The notes under the pieces were generated by a model. That model was given only the letters and a program-made list of their open reading frames with translations, was not told the origin of the DNA and made no database searches. Position numbers and translations under genes: made by a program. DNA of 55,902 bases, filler included, from Sphacelaria rigidula (lineage: Eukaryota): the NCBI GenBank assembly GCA_964200075.2. It is 5 parts of 5 records of this genome, joined end to end, with 100 filler letters (N's around TTAATTAATTAA, not from the genome) between each part and the next. Parts side by side here need not be neighbours in the genome. Positions count along the whole stretch, not along the records: positions 44,804 to 55,902 come from CAXNAA020005389.1; 4 more parts are not named here. The stretch is one strand, 5' to 3'. Position 1 is the stretch's first letter. Each line of letters begins with the position of its first letter. Shown here piece by piece: positions 51,001-55,902 of this stretch.

Positions 51001-51458
51001 TCCCATGAGTAAGGTCTCCAATGTTTGTTTCTGCTGCATTATCAAAAGGAGCCCGCCTGTCAGGTCACGACGCAAATAACCGAGGATCAGCCCCCGATCT
51101 GAAGAATATCAGCTGGTCTGATCTTGACCAACACGCTACTTTCGGATTCTTTGGCTCAGGCGCTGTTGATTTTTGGGGTTTCTCTGTGTTGTATCATGCA
51201 CATGATATACAAAGCTGACGGGCGTCTAGAGTACTGCGCGTGATGATAACAGTGCATGCTAGTCTTTCGCGTCTTCGGACTTTCTCTCTTTGACATTTCC
51301 TTTTACGTTTGCTTCTCTCTGCGGGTTTGTACGTGTATGATCATCTAAAAACAAATATATGCTTGCAAAACGTTTGACGCACGTGCTGTTGTTGCTGCTG
51401 CGGCTGCTGCTGCTGCTGTCGTTGTGTTTTTCGCATTGCTGCAATTCCACTCTGCCCA

Positions 51459-51772
51459 GCATCCGAGCCGGCCAGGCCCTTGTGATCAAGACACAATCCG
51501 GAAGGGAGCTAAAACGCCTCGAGACAAAAGCGAATGCCCTGAAGAAAAACGTCAACGCTCTGTCCGTTGTAGTTCGGGTGGCAACCGCATCGCGCGATCC
51601 TCTTCCGGGAGCTTACTTCACCAGCCCCATGGACACTGATTCTAAACCTCGTACGAGTGTCGACTCCGGAGAAGTAGGGGAAGCCGCTCACACCCGGCAG
51701 CGGCGGCGACGTCCCGCCACCACGCCTGGAGCGGGCGAGGAATGGAGACAGCAACGCCGGGCACATGTACAG
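51459..51772 (+). other. Possible exon of unknown gene
   Basis: Pyrimidine-rich CAG acceptor, open frame, CAG|GTGAG donor; no recognisable motif. Confidence 0.25.
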
Positions 51773-52126
51773 GTGAGGGTAAGCCTGGTGAAAAATTAAG
51801 CATATACGAGCCTGATTACTGTCGTAAGGTGGGTGCGGCCCAGAACTATTGGCTGATCGGAAGCAGTCGAAACCCTAGCGCGTCTGCATGTGTTGTCTAC
51901 CCCGTGCTGTGCCACGAAAATAGCCCCAACACAAACGCCGCGGTTAGACACTAATTACTCCGCAGTATTACAAGACCACCGAACATGAGCAAATTTTCGA
52001 GTGATTAAAAAAGCCGTCCGTACCGCTGCTGCACAGTATAGGTGTGGCCATGTGCTCCGTAAAAACCGTGGTATCTGGAGAGGGAGCCATGGTATCTGGA
52101 GAGGGAGCCGTGTTTTGTCTTGTTTT

Positions 52127-52198
52127 TGTCATACTTTGAGCCCCCCCTCACTTCTTGGGGCGGGCCCGTAGCCTCAGGGGACCACCGCATCTCTCCCG
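52127..52198 (-). mobile_element. Diverged copy of the shared SINE/LINE 3' segment
   Basis: GTCATACTTTGAGCCCC...CATCTCTCCC aligns with 12757-12830. Confidence 0.6.
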
Positions 52199-55057
52199 TA
52201 GCACCTGACCGTCAATCTGTTGTCGAGCATTGGGTCTGCACTCCTGCAACCCGTCAACATTTGTCGTGTCTTTGTCAACTACGATAGCATCACCACAAGT
52301 GCGACCACGGAAAACAGTGAGCACATACAAAATTACTTGAGATTCGACACTTAGTACTTCACCCACACTCGCCAATGATATACTAGTGTGCACAAAATAC
52401 GGATACGTGGCACATGCCAATTTTCACCTGTTGCACTAACTCTGTTCATTGTACCCTGAACCGAAGTGGCGCTGTCTCCACGTCTTTTTTTACGGTTATA
52501 AAATAGTCTGGAGACCGGTTCTACGACCCGCTGTGGAGCACATCAAGTTTCCTAGATGTCCCCGGTCCCGGATCCTACGGCGTGGCGGGCGGAGATGACG
52601 CATTTGGCCGAAGTTCATTATGGAGGTGAGAATACTTGGGTCGTGTATCGCGATGAAACCCGTACAATATATCGGTCGATACGATATCGCGTATATATCG
52701 TCTCTCGGCGGAGGCGATGTATCGCAATATCACATGTCGTCGTCGATGTATCGCAGGTAGACGGTGATTCGTCGCGGGTATAAGGTCCGTGTGGTCATGT
52801 GTGTATATTTTCATAGTATGTATTGTACAATGAACAGGAGTGACCATGCCCCCTGTATACTACACAGTACAGTACAATCATCTACATTCAGAACATTGAG
52901 AGGAGTGACCATTCCCCGCCACCTACCGCAAGGAGCGGTGGGCAGAATCTCCGAGGCGTGTTTTGCATGGCGTCCTTCTCGGGTTCGTTGGGTTACGGCA
53001 GTCGGTCGGGTTTCAAGTGCCGAACATTTTTTACGTGTGAGCACAGCTTCAGCGTTTCCACCGGTGCTGGTCGTACCTAGTGTACGATGCAGAAGTGCTT
53101 ACCAACGTGGTGGGTGTCCAACAAGCAATGACAGCGCTTCAAACCTGTTCTACGGCTTTTGTGTGGATGTATGCCGAGATGGCCAACGTCCCGAGAACCG
53201 AGAGAGCTTCTCCCTCGCAACATGTTGAAGTGTGAAATTATCGCTAAAGTCGGGTGAGATATCGTCTGCGAATATCAACGATGTGTGGAGTTTTATCTCT
53301 CTCTCTACACACACACACATATATATATATATCGCCTGACTAAAACTGACCATATTAATCGTATTTTCGAGTCATAGCGACACGTATCCCTAGAGAGTGT
53401 CTGTTGGCACGCTGTTTGAAATTAAATGTGTTCCGAAATGTGCAGTTGAGCGGCCAATCTCCCCTTGACACTGGCTCTCTACAGAAAAGGCAATTGCGAT
53501 CCAAGGCCGTGTAAATATCAGGAGTAGTTCGGGTGCGCCGTAGAAAATAGAGCCACAACCCCAGCTCGGGGCATTCATTGTGCGGTAAAGTCGAGTGCTT
53601 CGGGTGTTGATGGGGAGAACACAGACTTCTCTAATCGCAATGTTCGCAAATCTTCTACAACATTGCAAAAAACAAATAAATCTGGATTGAGCACGCTATA
53701 TTTCGGCAAAATCGATATACACTGCTAAAAACTTGAAAAAAATGATTACTTATCGTCAAACAAATAATTAAAATGCTTTAAATGCTTCAAGAGAAACATA
53801 TGTCGTGATGCACAAATGTTTTTTGGGGCATAAAAAACATTCAACAAAATGTTATATAATTTCTGAAAGACTTGTATCAGCCAACCTCCCCCTGTTGCCA
53901 TCCTCTCGAACACGAGCTACCTTAGTTTTTCCAGCAATTTCAAAGCATGAAACCAACGCTTCGTTCCAAACAACACCTTGTGGATTAATCGGAAGCCCCG
54001 ATTCCATTAGACGTCAGCTGGAGACCGACGTGCAGTAGACCGAACTATTCACACAAAACGAAAATGAAAACGGTAGTAGTACTCACATGAATGATACTGC
54101 ACACGACTCTCTCCACAAAAAGCCGCCGGCAAAAAGAACTATACAGGGAAAAATCACTCAAGACGTCAACACGCGCGCAATAGGACGATACCCAGAAGTT
54201 GGGTTGACTTTGCAATACTGAACGAGACAAAAGTATACTCTTGTAGTAATTAAAATAAAAACAAGAATGCGCGTACTCGATTCCCCTCATGTAGCTTCTG
54301 TTGGTGAATTTTCATGACAAACAAAGCAGGTCTCCTTCTTTCGACCTCATGGAGCCTAGGGTGGTCGGTGAGCGATGCGTTGCTGGTCGCAGCCTTGCCT
54401 CTCTTCACCTCCACGCCACCACCGGGGGGGGAGGCGAACCCAAAACCCACGATTTGGCCCCTTTCCACGCATACATATCCGATTCGGGGCCTGGCGAGTA
54501 CACGCCGGATATGTGTGCACCCCTGCTACGGAATCAGGGTCGACTGCGGAGAAAAATAAACACAAGCGGGGGTTGAGGCGTTGGACGACAGGGGAAGCAG
54601 GGCAATAGTGCCATGATCAGTCGCACGGACCTGTGCACCAGGGGTACCGTGTTCCTGGTATATCTAGCTTTGACGAGGGATGACATGCAAAAGACAGAAC
54701 TCCTGCGTAGTTTTGATCCGGACAACCGTACCGATATACTCTCTGCTAATATTGGGCGAACTCGAGCAGCAGTTTCAATGTATATGGTTGGGGACGCGAG
54801 GCGGCAGGGCGGTGTCATCTTGTTGTTTTGATAGCTTTTTGCTTTTCGCTACGTCATGTGTACGTCATGTGTGTCGACAACGATTGAAATCCATGTGTTC
54901 TTGTAACTCATGTACCTTGAGCTTCTGTCAGATATAGGCTTTGTCGCGGGTGTCTCAACATGAACACGCCGTTCAAGCAAGACTCCTTGCGGGATTGTGC
55001 CGCGAGGGGAGTATCGAGCGTGCGTACTTTCGCTGGCTTCCACGAAATTGAATTAAT

Positions 55058-55135
55058 ACCAGGGAGAGATGGATTGATCCCTTGAGATCACGGACTCGTA
55101 CAGAGGAAGGGAAGGGGTTCAAAGTGCGACATATA
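55058..55135 (+). mobile_element. Copy of the shared SINE/LINE 3' segment
   Basis: GGGAGAGATGGATTGATCCCTTGAGATCACGGACTC...GGGGTTCAAAGTG is a reverse-complement match to 12760-12827. Confidence 0.75.
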
Positions 55136-55902
55136 AAATAGGGATGATAATAATATACATAAAAGTAACCAGTCGGTGGCGAGGAAGGTCGTTGTCGTTG
55201 CGTTCCGAAGTACTGTCACACCAGCATATGTAGAAGCATTCTGACGAGTAGTTCCTGGTTTTGTTTCCGGGTGTGGTAAACGCGAGGCTTGTACACCGCT
55301 CAACGTTGAGTAAACGACTCCGCGCCCTTGAACGGACTGCATGTGAGCCCCGCTGTTCAACCTGAAGCACGCTTTTCCGTTGGGCCCCGCAATTTTTGTG
55401 AGGGCTCCGTAGCCGTGGCCACTTGAGGCGTTTCTTCCCAGCACAACAGTCTCTCTTGTGCTGTACTGCGTATACCGTGCATCGATATGGACCTTCTTCG
55501 CGTACCACTCACTGCCCGTGATTTGCTCCTTACGTGCACACGCGATAAGAATAATATGCCACCTCACAGCAGCGTGATCTGTATGCATCTAGTCGCTCCC
55601 AAGCTTCCGCGTACAGTTTACCACGTACATGCAATCACGAGCCCTGCCGATAATGGTGGTATGCATTTTCTAGGTCGGGGGGAACAGCGCCTAAGCCTCC
55701 TTCCTGAGAGGCTGATTTCTCCTACCGGCGTAACCGGCATGCAGTTGACGTTTTTTCCTATCGATCGAGCGATATCGTTGTGATACTACAGTAACACTCT
55801 AATACGTACCGGATTTGAGAAGTCAACATGCATGTATGTGTCCGAAACCCAAAATAAGCAAGGCTCCTCTCGGGAATATTCCCGTGATACCGCGGTATTT
55901 TT

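Noticed and set aside
52069-52110. 21-bp tandem duplication (also 18-bp at ~36527 and AATCAGCA x3 at 46981)
   Set aside because: Ordinary local slippage duplications.

Overview
This is repeat-rich eukaryotic DNA of roughly balanced GC. The repeat families and intron signals suggest a stramenopile, probably a brown alga (inference). It is not one locus: five unrelated scaffolds of 11101, 11101, 11101, 11100 and 11099 bp are joined by identical 100-nt N/TTAATTAATTAA/N linkers. I recognise no intact host gene; the content is mostly decayed transposons. Scaffold 1 holds a minus-strand Ty3/Gypsy element whose integrase ends in a chromodomain plus a PWWP/Tudor-like module, with its RT split by a PIF/Harbinger-type MITE. 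Scaffold 2 holds a full-length decayed chromovirus-like Gypsy (both LTRs, GTAC TSD), a DIRS/Ngaro-type RT remnant split by an hAT MITE, and a tRNA-derived SINE. Scaffolds 3 and 4 hold intron-containing transposase-like remnants (Sola-like; two DUF6729-like paralogs) and several MITEs. Three sequence-unrelated arrays share a 41-43 bp period; one is a CAATATATATTG palindrome with variable spacers. All protein family calls are by-eye motif matches, not database results.
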